Below are positions 10,612 through 22,635 of a DNA stretch of 64,000 bases, one piece after another. The notes below the pieces were generated by a model. That model did no database searches. It worked only from the letters and a program-made list of their open reading frames with translations, and was not told the origin of the DNA. Every line of letters starts with the position of its first letter. Within the stretch, counting starts at the first letter, position 1. The translations under genes and the position numbers were made by a program. This DNA comes from an uncultured Candidatus Binatia bacterium (GTDB lineage Bacteria > Desulfobacterota > Binatia > UBA9968 > JAJDTQ01), in assembly GCA_965215605.1 (NCBI GenBank), contig OZ244070.1, forward strand, positions 1,024,001 through 1,088,000, written 5' to 3'.

Positions 10612-11586
10612 ATGTCCAGACCCGTCGTCGCCGTGACCATGGGCGACCCCTCCGGCATCGGGCCGGAGGTGGCGATCCAGGCCGCGCGCGACGCCGGCGT
10701 GCGGCGTTCCTGCCGCGTGCTGATCGTGGGAGACCCCTCCCTGCTGGCGCGTGCCGGCGCCCCCCGTTGGCCCACCCGGAAGCCTGGACAGGAAGTTCCC
10801 GCCGAAGCCCCCGTCACGGTGGAACCCGTTGCCAGCCCCGGGACTGCCCGGTCCCGCCCCGGAAGGCCCACCGCCGGCGGCGGCGAGGCGTCCTACCGCT
10901 ACATCGTCCGCGCGGTGGAGCTCATTCGCGCCGGCGAGGCCGACGCCATGGCCACGGCGCCCATCAGCAAGAAGGCTCTGAACGATGCCGGCCACGCCTA
11001 TCCCGGCCACACCGAGCTGCTGGCCGAACTCACCCGCACACGGGAAGTCCGCATGATGCTCTTCGGGCGGCGTCTCAAGGTGGTTCTGGTGACGGTGCAT
11101 CTGCCGCTCACGGAAGTGTCCGCGGCCCTGACCCGCAAGCGGGTGCGCGCCACCATCGAGCTGACCCACCGGTCCCTGCGGCAAGAGTTCGGCGTGGCGG
11201 AACCCCGGCTGGCGGTGGCCGCGCTGAATCCCCACGGCGGGGAAGACGGCATGTTCGGCCAGGAAGAGCGCAAGGTGATCCGGCCCGCGGTGCGGGACTG
11301 CTCGGGCCGGGGCATGCGCGTCGCCGGACCCGTCCCCGCGGACAGCCTCTTCCACCGGACCGCGGCAGGAGAGTTCGACGCGGCCATCTGCATGTATCAC
11401 GACCAGGGCCTGGGGCCCTTCAAGCTGCTGCACTTCACCGACGGCGTCAACCTGACCCTGGGGCTTCCACTCGTCAGGACCTCCGTAGACCACGGCACCG
11501 CCTACGACATCGCCGGCCGGGGCGTGGCCGACGCCCGCAGCATGAAGCAGGCCATCCTGCTCGCCGCCCGGCTTTCGCCGGGATGA
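10612..11586 (+). CDS. pdxA: 4-hydroxythreonine-4-phosphate dehydrogenase
   Basis: [42 protein letters not shown]. Confidence 0.96.
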   Translation: MSRPVVAVTMGDPSGIGPEVAIQAARDAGVRRSCRVLIVGDPSLLARAGAPRWPTRKPGQEVPAEAPVTVEPVASPGTARSRPGRPTAGGGEASYRYIVRAVELIRAGEADAMATAPISKKALNDAGHAYPGHTELLAELTRTREVRMMLFGRRLKVVLVTVHLPLTEVSAALTRKRVRATIELTHRSLRQEFGVAEPRLAVAALNPHGGEDGMFGQEERKVIRPAVRDCSGRGMRVAGPVPADSLFHRTAAGEFDAAICMYHDQGLGPFKLLHFTDGVNLTLGLPLVRTSVDHGTAYDIAGRGVADARSMKQAILLAARLSPG

Positions 11587-11595
11587 CGGACGGCC

Positions 11596-14061
<2,466 letters not shown>

Positions 14062-14161
14062 ATGGCGCGGGACAGGACACTGGAAACACCGTTCCGGACC
14101 GGCTGTTTCTTGACATTCACGAGGCTTCGGGCCTAAATGAAAGGTTCGGAAGGTGTATTCG

Positions 14162-15364
14162 ATGAAGCTCCCCGTCTATTTCGACAACCATGCCACCACC
14201 CCGGTAGACCCCGGAGTCGTCGATGCCATGCTGCCGTTCTTTACGGAACGGTTCGGCAACTCGGCGAGCAAGCACGCATTCGGCTGGGAGGCGGAGGCAG
14301 CGGTGCACGATGCGCGGAAGAACGTCGGCAGCCTGATCGGCGCGGCGCCCAGGGAGATCATCTTCACCAGCGGGGCGACGGAGTCCGACAACCTGGCCAT
14401 CAAGGGAGTTGCCGAGATCTACCGGGACCGCGGCGACCACATCATCACCTGCGCGGCCGAGCACAAGGCCGTCCTGGACTGCTGCAAGTTCCTCGAACGG
14501 CACGGCTACCGGGTCACCTACCTGCCGGTGGACTCCCACGGCAGCGTGGATCTGAACAGGCTGCGGGCCGCCATCGACGAAAAGACGCTGCTCATCTCGA
14601 TCATGGCGGCGAACAACGAGGTGGGCACGGTGCAGCCGCTGGAGGAGATCGGCCGCATCGCCGAGGAGCACGGCATCCTCTTCCACACCGACGCCACCCA
14701 GGCGGTGGGCAAGATGGCCATCGACGTGGCCGCGTGCCGGATCCACCTGCTCTCGATGACGGCCCACAAGCTCCACGGCCCCAAGGGCATCGGGGCGCTG
14801 TACGTGAGCGCCAGGAAACCGGCGGTGCGCCTGAGCCCGACCATACACGGCGGCGGCCACGAGGGCGGCATGCGGTCCGGGACCCTGAACGTGCCCGGCA
14901 TCGTAGGATTCGGCAAGGCCTGCGCCATCGCCCGGGAGCAAATGGCCACCGAGCTGCCGCACATCACCCGGCTGCGGGACCGGCTGGAAGCCAGCCTGTT
15001 CGCGCGTCTCGACGAACTCCAACTGAACGGCCATCCCACGAATCGCCTGTGCGGCAATCTGAACGTGGCCTTCGGCTACGTGGAAGGCGAATCGTTGATC
15101 ATGGGCCTCAACGACGTGGCGGTTTCGTCCGGCTCCACCTGCACGTCCGCGGCGCTGGAACCGTCTCACGTGCTCAAGGCCATGGGAATCCGGGAGGACC
15201 TCGCCCATGGCTCGATCCGGTTCGGGCTGGGCCGGTTCAATACCGAGGAAGAGGTGGACTACGTGGTGCGCCGGGTGGAGGAGGAAGTCACGCGGCTGCG
15301 CGGGCTCTCGCCGCTCTACGCGAAACGGGCGGCGGCGGCGAGGCCGGCGGCGGCCGGAAAGTAG
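14162..15364 (+). CDS. iscS: Cysteine desulfurase IscS
   Basis: YFDNHATT, FTSGATESDN, TAHK (PLP Lys), GGGHEGGMRSGT and SSGSTCTS (catalytic Cys). Start placed at ATG 14162 after AAGGTG. Confidence 0.93.
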   Translation: MKLPVYFDNHATTPVDPGVVDAMLPFFTERFGNSASKHAFGWEAEAAVHDARKNVGSLIGAAPREIIFTSGATESDNLAIKGVAEIYRDRGDHIITCAAEHKAVLDCCKFLERHGYRVTYLPVDSHGSVDLNRLRAAIDEKTLLISIMAANNEVGTVQPLEEIGRIAEEHGILFHTDATQAVGKMAIDVAACRIHLLSMTAHKLHGPKGIGALYVSARKPAVRLSPTIHGGGHEGGMRSGTLNVPGIVGFGKACAIAREQMATELPHITRLRDRLEASLFARLDELQLNGHPTNRLCGNLNVAFGYVEGESLIMGLNDVAVSSGSTCTSAALEPSHVLKAMGIREDLAHGSIRFGLGRFNTEEEVDYVVRRVEEEVTRLRGLSPLYAKRAAAARPAAAGK

Positions 15365-15383
15365 CGGCAAGGGGGCCAGGAAG

Positions 15384-15713
15384 ATGGCGACAGGGGTCCA
15401 GATAACGGAACAGGCGGCCGGCCGGATCAAGGAACTGCTCGACGGAGACGAACGGGACCTGACCGGGCTGCGCCTCAAGGTGGTGGGCGGCGGCTGTTCC
15501 GGGCTGCAGTACAAGATGGATCTCGACGACCCGAAGCCCATGGACCGCGTGTTCGAACAGGCGGGAGCCAAGGTGATCGTGGACCTGAAAAGCCTGCTCT
15601 ACCTGGCGGGCACGGAGCTCGACTACAGGGAAACCCTCATGGAGGCGGCCTTCGTGTTCCAGAACCCCAACGTCAAACGCAGTTGCGGGTGCGGCGCCTC
15701 GTTCGTGGTCTGA
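15384..15713 (+). CDS. iscA: A-type Fe-S carrier (IscA/HesB family)
   Basis: GGGCSGLQY and NPNVKRSCGCGASF; AGGA precedes ATG 15384. Confidence 0.92.
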   Translation: MATGVQITEQAAGRIKELLDGDERDLTGLRLKVVGGGCSGLQYKMDLDDPKPMDRVFEQAGAKVIVDLKSLLYLAGTELDYRETLMEAAFVFQNPNVKRSCGCGASFVV

Positions 15714-15759
15714 ACCCGCGCGAGCGCGCGGCAGACCCCGGCACCCGAGGTGACACGCC

Positions 15760-16956
15760 ATGTCCGACGTCATCTATTTCGACAACAACGCCACCACCCG
15801 CATCGCGCCGCCGGTCTACGAGGCCATGGCGCCCTACCTCACGGAGTTGTACGGCAATCCGTCGAGCATCCACAGCTTCGGCAGCCGGGCGGGCCGGGCG
15901 CTGGACCGCGCCCGGACGCAGGTGGCCGGACTGCTGGGCGCCGGCGACGAGGTGGAGGTGATGTTCACGAGCTGCGGCTCGGAGGGGGACAACACCGCCA
16001 TCCGCGGGATCCTCGACGGCGCGCCGGAAAAGCGCCACTTCATCACCACCGCCGTGGAACATCCCGCGGTGCTGGGGCTCGGCCAGCATCTGGAGAAGAG
16101 GGGCTACCGGGTCACCTGGCTCGGGGTGGACGAGGACGGCCGGCTGGACCTGGACGAGCTCCGGGACTCGCTGTCGGACGACACGGCCCTGGTCTCGATC
16201 ATGTACGCCAACAACGAGACCGGCGTGGTCTTTCCGGTGCGCGAGGCCGGCGAGATCGTCAAGGCCCGGGACATCCCCTTCCACGTGGACGCGGTGCAGG
16301 TACCGGGCAAGATCGGACTCGACGTGAAGGACGACCCCATCGACCTCTTGACCATCTCCGCCCACAAGTTCCACGGCCCCAAGGGCGTGGGCGCGCTGTA
16401 CGTCAGAAGAGGGATCACGTTGCGGCCCTTCATCGTCGGCGGACACCAGGAACGCAACCGCCGCGCGGGGACCGAGAACGTCGCCGGCATCGTGGGCATG
16501 GGCGAGGCCGCCGAGCTGACCGCCACGGACGCGGCCGCGGAAAACGAACCGTTGGCGGCGCTCCGGGATCAGCTCGAAGGCGCCCTCGTGTCCGCCTGCC
16601 CGGGCGCCCGGGTCAACGGCGGCAAGGCGGTGCGTTTGCCGAACACGCTCAACATCGCCTTCGAATACCTGGAGGGGGAATCGATTCTGGTACTGCTGGA
16701 CGAGTTCGGGATCTGCGCGTCCACGGGCTCCGCGTGCACCGCCGGCTCGGTGGAGCCGTCTCACGTCCTGCGAGCCATGAAGGTGCCGCCGCAGTGGCTC
16801 CAGGGAGCCGTGCGATTCAGTCTCGGCCGCTACAACACGGCGGAAGAGGTCGACTTCGCGGCGGAGAGGATTCCCGGCATCGTCCGGCGCCTTGGGGGGC
16901 TGTCGGCATTGGGCCGGGTGGGAACGAAGGGAGGCGCGCCTGGGCACGTCTCATAG
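15760..16956 (+). CDS. nifS: Second cysteine desulfurase, NifS type
   Basis: YFDNNATT, FTSCGSEGDN, SAHKFHGPKG, GGHQERNRRAGTEN, STGSACT. Confidence 0.88.
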   Translation: MSDVIYFDNNATTRIAPPVYEAMAPYLTELYGNPSSIHSFGSRAGRALDRARTQVAGLLGAGDEVEVMFTSCGSEGDNTAIRGILDGAPEKRHFITTAVEHPAVLGLGQHLEKRGYRVTWLGVDEDGRLDLDELRDSLSDDTALVSIMYANNETGVVFPVREAGEIVKARDIPFHVDAVQVPGKIGLDVKDDPIDLLTISAHKFHGPKGVGALYVRRGITLRPFIVGGHQERNRRAGTENVAGIVGMGEAAELTATDAAAENEPLAALRDQLEGALVSACPGARVNGGKAVRLPNTLNIAFEYLEGESILVLLDEFGICASTGSACTAGSVEPSHVLRAMKVPPQWLQGAVRFSLGRYNTAEEVDFAAERIPGIVRRLGGLSALGRVGTKGGAPGHVS

Positions 16957-17024
16957 TGTCCCGTGCCTGTTTGGCCGCGCCGGCTCTGCCGGACCGACAG
17001 ACCGCGGCCGTCCGTCTTCCGGTT

Positions 17025-17059
17025 GAGGTCCGGAGCCCCCTCGAGAGGCTCCGGACCTT
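17025..17059 (+). terminator. Hairpin after nifS (possible terminator, weak U-tract)
   Basis: AGGTCCGGAGCC ... GGCTCCGGACCT, 12-bp perfect inverted repeat. Confidence 0.45.
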
Positions 17060-17092
17060 GGCACTTCAAGGGTAAAGAGCCGCGAACACCCC

Positions 17093-18040
17093 ATGAACAA
17101 GGGTCGAAACAGACGCCGGAACCTGGGCTACCGTCTCCGCTATCGCGCCGGTGAATACTTCATCAGAGCGTTGGTCGCGAGCTTCCGATGGCTGCCCGCA
17201 TCCGCGCCGCGTTACATCGCCGGACTCACGGAACGGGTGAGCTTCCGGCTGCTGTGGCGATACCGCAAGCGGATGCACGAGACCCTGGAGCACACCATGG
17301 GCAAGGAGCTGCGCACCGCGAGGGAGCGCCGCGCCCTTGCGCGCCAGGCCTGGAGAAACATCACCCAAGGGGTTCTCGAAACCATCACGACCCTGTACAC
17401 GGACGACGACGAGTTGTGCTCGCGGATCGAGATCAAGGGAGAGGAACGCCTGCGCGAGGCGCTGGCCCGGGACAAGGGCGTCCTGGCCCTGAGCGCCCAC
17501 TTCGGGAATTTCGGGATCATCGGACCGCGGCTCGTTGCCCAAGGCTACGCCTTCAGCGCGGTAGCCAAGTTGGCGGAGGAAACACGCCTGGCCGCGCTGC
17601 AAAACGAGTACTGCGCAAGGGCCGGCGTCAAGATCATCCCCGCCCGTCCCAGGCGCGAGTCGGTCTCGCGGGTCATCGAGGCGCTCCGGCACAACGAAAT
17701 CGTGCTGCTGATCCCGGACGAGCTCAAGAGCCGCGGAGTCGAGGTGGAGTTCCTCGGGCGCCGGGTGCCGGCGCCCAGGGGGCCCATCACCATCGCACTG
17801 CGCACCGGCGCCGCCGTGCTTCCGGTGTTCATGATCCGCGACCGGCAACACCGGCTGACCCTTCACGTCGAACCCGAAATCCGGTTCGTTCAGACCGGCG
17901 ACAGGGAGGCCGATCTCAGCACCAATGCCCGCCTGTTCGTTCAGAAGATCGAGGACATGGTACGCCGCTATCCGGACCAGTGGAGCTGGATGGGCTTGCG
18001 GAACCCCCACGAACGTGACGCATCCCACCTGGCTTCGTGA
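17093..18040 (+). CDS. Lipid A late acyltransferase family (LpxL/HtrB-like) lysophospholipid acyltransferase
   Basis: GEERLREAL..KGVLALSAHFGNF, VEFLGR, C-terminal YPDQWSW. Confidence 0.85.
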   Translation: MNKGRNRRRNLGYRLRYRAGEYFIRALVASFRWLPASAPRYIAGLTERVSFRLLWRYRKRMHETLEHTMGKELRTARERRALARQAWRNITQGVLETITTLYTDDDELCSRIEIKGEERLREALARDKGVLALSAHFGNFGIIGPRLVAQGYAFSAVAKLAEETRLAALQNEYCARAGVKIIPARPRRESVSRVIEALRHNEIVLLIPDELKSRGVEVEFLGRRVPAPRGPITIALRTGAAVLPVFMIRDRQHRLTLHVEPEIRFVQTGDREADLSTNARLFVQKIEDMVRRYPDQWSWMGLRNPHERDASHLAS

Positions 18041-18098
18041 GGGCCGCACACCACGACAGGAAGGGCATGGAGCGACAGAGATATCGCACGGGGCAGGG

Positions 18099-18869
18099 AT
18101 GGACCTCGGACTGACCGGAAGAGTGGTCATGATCACCGGCGCAAGCCGGGGCATCGGCAAGGCCATCGCAGCAGGCCTGGCCGCGGAAGGCTGCCTGCTG
18201 AGCCTCTGCGCCCGGGGCCGGGACGATCTCGACGAGACCGTTCGTGAGCTGCGCGACCGAGACGCGGACGTCTTGGCGTCGGCACTGGACGTCACCGACG
18301 AGAGCGCCGCGCGCCGGTGGTTCGACGAGACCCGTGAACGGTTCGGCGCCGTCGACGTGCTGGTGAACAACGTCGGCGGTTCCCGTCCGGGCGGTGACCT
18401 GTCCGCCTCCGCCGACGACTGGCGCCGGGGCTTTTCCCTCAACTTCTTCTCCGCCCTGGATCTCTGCCGGCTGGTGGTGCCGTCCATGCGGGAACGCAAG
18501 CGGGGTTGCGTCATCAACATCGCCTCCATCTACGGCCGCGAGTGGGGCGGACCCATGACCTACAACGCCGCCAAGGCGGCCATGATCAGCTTGTCCAAGG
18601 AGATGGCCCGGGAACTCGCGCCCCACGGCATCCGGGTCAACAGCGTCGCCCCCGGCTCCATCCTGTTCCCCGGCGGCTCATGGGACCGGCGTCAAAAGGA
18701 GGATCCCGCGGGGATCGCCGGGTTCGTCGAGCGCGAGCTCCCCGCGGGCCGCTTCGGCACCCCGCGGGAGGTGGCCGACGTGGTGGTTTTCCTTGCCTCG
18801 GACCGGGCCAACTGGATCTCCGGGGCCTGTATCAACGTCGACGGCTGCCAGTCGAGGTCGTTGATATGA
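18099..18869 (+). CDS. Short-chain dehydrogenase/reductase
   Basis: MDLGLTGRVVMITGASRGIG, NNVG, YNAAK. Confidence 0.92.
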   Translation: MDLGLTGRVVMITGASRGIGKAIAAGLAAEGCLLSLCARGRDDLDETVRELRDRDADVLASALDVTDESAARRWFDETRERFGAVDVLVNNVGGSRPGGDLSASADDWRRGFSLNFFSALDLCRLVVPSMRERKRGCVINIASIYGREWGGPMTYNAAKAAMISLSKEMARELAPHGIRVNSVAPGSILFPGGSWDRRQKEDPAGIAGFVERELPAGRFGTPREVADVVVFLASDRANWISGACINVDGCQSRSLI

Positions 18870-18940
18870 ACGTCCCTGTGTTGCCGCTCGTTGCCGGAAA
18901 CGGATATCGTCGCACACAAGCCGAGCCACATGGAGGCATT

Positions 18941-19552
18941 ATGAAACGGATCATGTTCACGGTTGCCGCGGCGTTCTTGCTGTTCGCCCACGGCGCAAGC
19001 GCGCAACAGTTCGAAAAGGCGGTCTTCGCCGGCGGTTGCTTCTGGTGCGTCGAGTCGGATTTCGACAAGGTGCAGGGGGTCGTCTCGACGATTTCCGGCT
19101 ATACCGGCGGCAAGACCAGCGACCCGACCTACCGGCAGGTAACCGCCGGAGGCTCGGGTCACTACGAAGCGGTGGAGATCACCTACGATCCGGCCAAGGT
19201 CAGCTACGAGATGCTGCTCGCCGCCTTCTGGCGCTCGGTGGACCCGGTCGACGACGGGGGCCAGTTCTGTGACCGCGGCGATTCCTACAAGACCGCCGTC
19301 TTCGTGGCCAACGACAAGGAGCGGGACCTGGCCGAGGCTTCCAGGAAGGCGGCACAAACGCTGGTGGACGAACCCATCGTCACCCCGATCCTGGCCGCCG
19401 GGCCGTTCTACGCCGCGGAAGACTACCACCAGGACTATTACAAGAATAATCCCCTTCGGTATCGCTACTACCGCTTCAGTTGCGGCCGTGACAGGCGGGT
19501 CAAGGAGTTATGGGGCGAGCACGCCTACGAAGGCATCCCCAAGCAAGGGTAG
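18941..19552 (+). CDS. msrA: Peptide-methionine (S)-S-oxide reductase with signal peptide
   Basis: GGAGG then ATG 18941; signal peptide; FAGGCFWC, GYTGG, GQFCDRG, AEDYHQDYY. Confidence 0.95.
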   Translation: MKRIMFTVAAAFLLFAHGASAQQFEKAVFAGGCFWCVESDFDKVQGVVSTISGYTGGKTSDPTYRQVTAGGSGHYEAVEITYDPAKVSYEMLLAAFWRSVDPVDDGGQFCDRGDSYKTAVFVANDKERDLAEASRKAAQTLVDEPIVTPILAAGPFYAAEDYHQDYYKNNPLRYRYYRFSCGRDRRVKELWGEHAYEGIPKQG

Positions 19553-19692
19553 GTCCGCCCGCACGATGCCATCGGGCTGCCGGCGGAACCCTATTCAGGC
19601 TGGTGTTGCACAGGAATATACCGTACGCCCGGCCGCTGCCAGGGCTTCTTCCAGCGACGCCAGCAAGATGCTGACCCGGGAATACGCTGGAT

Positions 19693-20042
19693 TGGTGGAG
19701 GCGGGGGGAATCGAACCCCCGTCCGAAGGCTTTCCGCCAGAAGTGACTACATGCTTAGTCGCCGTTTGAGTCTCGCCTCGAAAGTCCCCGACGACAGGGA
19801 CTTGCGCGGCCAGCCGGTTGGGATCTCGACCTCATCCCCTCCGGCAGGGGAATCGGTCCATCCCGCTGAATGACGCCTTGTCCGACCCCGCGGGAGAAGG
19901 CCGGCAAGACGCTGGCTGTCTAAGCAGCCAGGGCGTATTCGTTATTGTCTGCAGTTACTTGCAGTCCTGCTTTTTTAACGGGGCAACAGGACCCCGGCAT
20001 GCCACTTTGACTTCCCACCCCCGTCGAACCCATATCGCCCCC
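19693..20042 (-). ncRNA. ssrA: tmRNA
   Basis: 5' GGGGGCGA...TTCGAC and 3' GGTTCGATTCCCCCCGCCTCCACCA. Tag frame 19952-19920 encodes ADNNEYALAA*. Lies directly downstream of smpB. Confidence 0.97.
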
Positions 20043-20066
20043 AATAGACAGGCACGGTCCCGGCGG

Positions 20067-20540
20067 TCAACTTCTGCGGCTCTTCATGGAGCGTTCCATT
20101 TCCCGCCGGACCATCTTTTCCTTGACCGTGGCGCGCTTGTCGTAGAGCTTCTTGCCGCGGGCCAGACCCAACTCCACCTTCGCGCGCCCCTCCTTGAAGT
20201 ATAGCTTTAACGGGATCAGCGTCAAGCCCCGCTCCTTCACCTTCCCCATGAGCCTCAAGATCTCGCGTTTGTGCAGCAGCAGCTTCCGCGGCCGGGTCGG
20301 TTCGTGATTGAACATGTTGGCCGCGGGATACGGGCTTATGTGGGAATTGACCAGCACCACCTGGCCCTTGTCGACGCGGGCGTAGCTGTCGGCCAGATTG
20401 GCGCGTCCGTCCCGCAACGACTTGACCTCGCTGCCCAGCAGCACCATCCCGGCCTCGAAGGACTCGTCGATGAAATACTCCCGGCGCGCCCGGCGGTTGA
20501 CGGTAACGGTCTTCTCGGCTGTTTCCCTGGTAGAGGCCAT
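20067..20540 (-). CDS. smpB: SsrA-binding protein
   Basis: NRRARREY, EAGMVLLGSEVKSLR, RKLLLHKREI, GKKLYDKR. Confidence 0.98.
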   Translation of the reverse strand: MASTRETAEKTVTVNRRARREYFIDESFEAGMVLLGSEVKSLRDGRANLADSYARVDKGQVVLVNSHISPYPAANMFNHEPTRPRKLLLHKREILRLMGKVKERGLTLIPLKLYFKEGRAKVELGLARGKKLYDKRATVKEKMVRREMERSMKSRRS

Positions 20541-20590
20541 GGGACGGTATCCGTTCTATCGGTGCCGGCGCCGGTGAGGGCGGCGCTCGT

Positions 20591-21454
20591 TCAAGGCCGG
20601 CTTCCTCCCAGAATCCGGTTGTCGATCAGACGGGCGTTGCCCACCCATGCGCACAGAGCCAGCAGTGTCGGACCGTTGACCTCTTCCACCGCGCGCAACT
20701 CCCTGGGGTCGCAAAGATCCGCGTACTCGAGCCGCGCCAGCGGCTGGCGGGAGATCTCTTCCACCACGGCCTCCCGGATCCTTTGGGCGACGGTCTCGCC
20801 GCCGCGCACCAAGGCCTCCGCTTTGCCCAGGGCGCTTTGAAGACACCGCGCCGCCTCGCGTTCGGCCGGTCCGAGGTAGCGGTTGCGCGAGCTCATGGCC
20901 ACGCCGTCGGGCTCCCGTACCGTGGGGCACTCGACGATGTTTACATCGACGTTCAGGTCCTCGGTCATTCGCCGGATCACCCGCAACTGCTGATAATCCT
21001 TGAGCCCGAACAGGGCCACGTGAGGACGCACGATATTGAACAGCTTCAGCACCACCGTGGCCACACCGCGGAAATGGCCCGGGCGGTGCGCCCCGCACAG
21101 CGGCCGGGCCACCTCCTCCACGTCCACGTAGGTCTGATACCCCGTGGGGTAGATGGCCTCGGCGGTGGGATGGAAGAGCAGATCCACCCGTTCCTCGGTC
21201 AGCAACCGGATGTCCCGCTCCAGATCCCGCGGGTAGCTGTCGAAGTCCTCCGACGGGGCGAACTGGGCCGGATTGGCGAAGATGGACACCACCCGGCAAT
21301 CGCCGTGCTTCCCGGCCTCCCGCACGAGGCTCAGGTGGCCTTCGTGCAGGAAACCCATGGTGGGCACCAGGACGATGCGTTTCCCCTCGCGCCGGGCATG
21401 GTCGCTCCATGCCTGCATGTCCCGGACGCCGCGTATGCCGGATAACGCCGCCAT
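20591..21454 (-). CDS. panC: Pantoate-beta-alanine ligase
   Basis: VPTMGFLHEGH, RPGHFRGV, KDYQQ, MSSRN, RLIDN; start placed at ATG 21454. Confidence 0.96.
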   Translation of the reverse strand: MAALSGIRGVRDMQAWSDHARREGKRIVLVPTMGFLHEGHLSLVREAGKHGDCRVVSIFANPAQFAPSEDFDSYPRDLERDIRLLTEERVDLLFHPTAEAIYPTGYQTYVDVEEVARPLCGAHRPGHFRGVATVVLKLFNIVRPHVALFGLKDYQQLRVIRRMTEDLNVDVNIVECPTVREPDGVAMSSRNRYLGPAEREAARCLQSALGKAEALVRGGETVAQRIREAVVEEISRQPLARLEYADLCDPRELRAVEEVNGPTLLALCAWVGNARLIDNRILGGSRP

Positions 21455-21515
21455 CACCGAGATCCAATACGGTGGGAAGGCTGGTGTGTGGTGACGCAGG
21501 ACACCAAGGCCGCCG

Positions 21516-22319
21516 TCAGTGGAAGGTATGTTCCTCTGCCGGGAAGGCTTCCGTGCGCACCTCTTCCATGTAGCTCCGGACCGCGCCGCCGACGGTCTCC
21601 TTGAGATTGGCGTATTGCTTGACGAATTTGGGCGTGAAGTCGTCGAACAGGCCCAGCATGTCATGAACCACCAGGATCTGCCCGTCGCAGTGCATGCCGG
21701 CGCCGATGCCGATGGTGGGAATGGACAGGCGCTGGGTGATCTCCCTGGCCAGTTGCACCGGGATGCCTTCCAGCACCACCGCGAAGGCTCCGGCCTGCTC
21801 CACCGCCATGGCGTCGTCGAGGATGGCGTGAGCATCGGCCTCGCCGCGCCCTTGGATCCGGTAGCCGCCGAACTGATGTATCGATTGGGGGGTAAGCCCC
21901 ACGTGACCCATGACCGGCACGCCCATCTTCACCAGCCCCTCGATGGTGGCGGCCTGAGTGACCCCGCCCTCCAGCTTGACGGACTCCGCGCCCCCTTCCT
22001 GGACGAGCCTGCCGGCGTTGCGCTTGGCTTCGTCCACCCCGAGCTGGAACGTCATGAACGGCATGTCCGACACCACCAGGGCGCGCCGCCGTCCCCGGAT
22101 CACCGCCCTGGTGTGGTAGATGACGTCGTCCACGGTCACCGGCAGCGTGCTGTCGTGTCCCTGCACCACGGAACCCAGCGAGTCGCCCACCAGCATGAGA
22201 TCGATGCCGGCTTCGTCCAGAATGCGGGCGAAACAGTAATCATAGGCCGTGAGGCAAACGATCTTCTCCCCTTTTTCCTTCATGCCCCGGACTTCCGGCA
22301 CCGTCATCTTCCGTCCCAT
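21516..22319 (-). CDS. panB: 3-methyl-2-oxobutanoate hydroxymethyltransferase
   Basis: [29 protein letters not shown]; GAGGAGG precedes ATG 22319. Confidence 0.97.
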   Translation of the reverse strand: MGRKMTVPEVRGMKEKGEKIVCLTAYDYCFARILDEAGIDLMLVGDSLGSVVQGHDSTLPVTVDDVIYHTRAVIRGRRRALVVSDMPFMTFQLGVDEAKRNAGRLVQEGGAESVKLEGGVTQAATIEGLVKMGVPVMGHVGLTPQSIHQFGGYRIQGRGEADAHAILDDAMAVEQAGAFAVVLEGIPVQLAREITQRLSIPTIGIGAGMHCDGQILVVHDMLGLFDDFTPKFVKQYANLKETVGGAVRSYMEEVRTEAFPAEEHTFH

Positions 22320-22348
22320 TCGGCTACCCTCCTCGAACAACGCCCAAC

Positions 22349-22378
22349 AAAAAAGCCTCCCGGACCGATCCGGAAGGC
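22349..22378 (-). terminator. Intrinsic terminator (attenuator) in the panB leader
   Basis: GCCTTCCGGA-TCGG-TCCGGGAGGC followed by TTTTTT, 30 nt before the panB start. Confidence 0.85.
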
Positions 22379-22419
22379 CATCCCGCTACCGTTGGAGACG
22401 ATAGGCGCCAGAATGTCTC

Positions 22420-22456
22420 ATCCGTCTCGGTCCGGCTCCCCCGGATCCAAGCGGGA
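22420..22456 (-). ncRNA. pan RNA motif (cis-regulatory)
   Basis: CCG-CTTGG-(A)-TCCGG-GGGAG-CCGGA-CCGAG-(A)-CGG, a hairpin with two bulged A residues upstream of panB, resembling the described pan motif. Confidence 0.8.
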
Positions 22457-22559
22457 AATCGCGTCTTTCTTGCGTCTTTCCTGCGTCTTCCCGGTTCTCC
22501 ATGCGTGGAGTCGGCCGGCTCAGCCTGACCGCTCCGGAGTCTTCCGGAAAGATGCGGGC

Positions 22560-22588
22560 ATATTAGCGCGAAGCGGACGGAAAGTCCA
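22560..22588 (-). promoter_or_regulatory. Putative promoter of the pan leader
   Basis: TGGACT-17 nt-TAATAT. Confidence 0.55.
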
Positions 22589-22633
22589 GTGTCGCGTTCC
22601 GCGAGTCGACGTACTTGCGGAACGCGACACTGG
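22586..22633. repeat. 21-bp inverted repeat right after the gshA stop
   Basis: CCAGTGTCGCGTTCCGCGAGT-cgacgt-ACTTGCGGAACGCGACACTGG with one mismatch. Confidence 0.85.
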
Positions 22634-22635
22634 CC

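Noticed and set aside
19553-19692. Possible island or integrase at the tmRNA 3' end (a frame reading ...GLVEAGGIEPPS)
   Set aside because: That peptide is simply the antisense of the tmRNA acceptor/T arm. I saw no integrase and no duplicated ssrA 3' end, so the site looks empty.
19693-19730. tRNA-like T-arm and CCA end
   Set aside because: It belongs to the tRNA-like domain of tmRNA and is not a separate tRNA.
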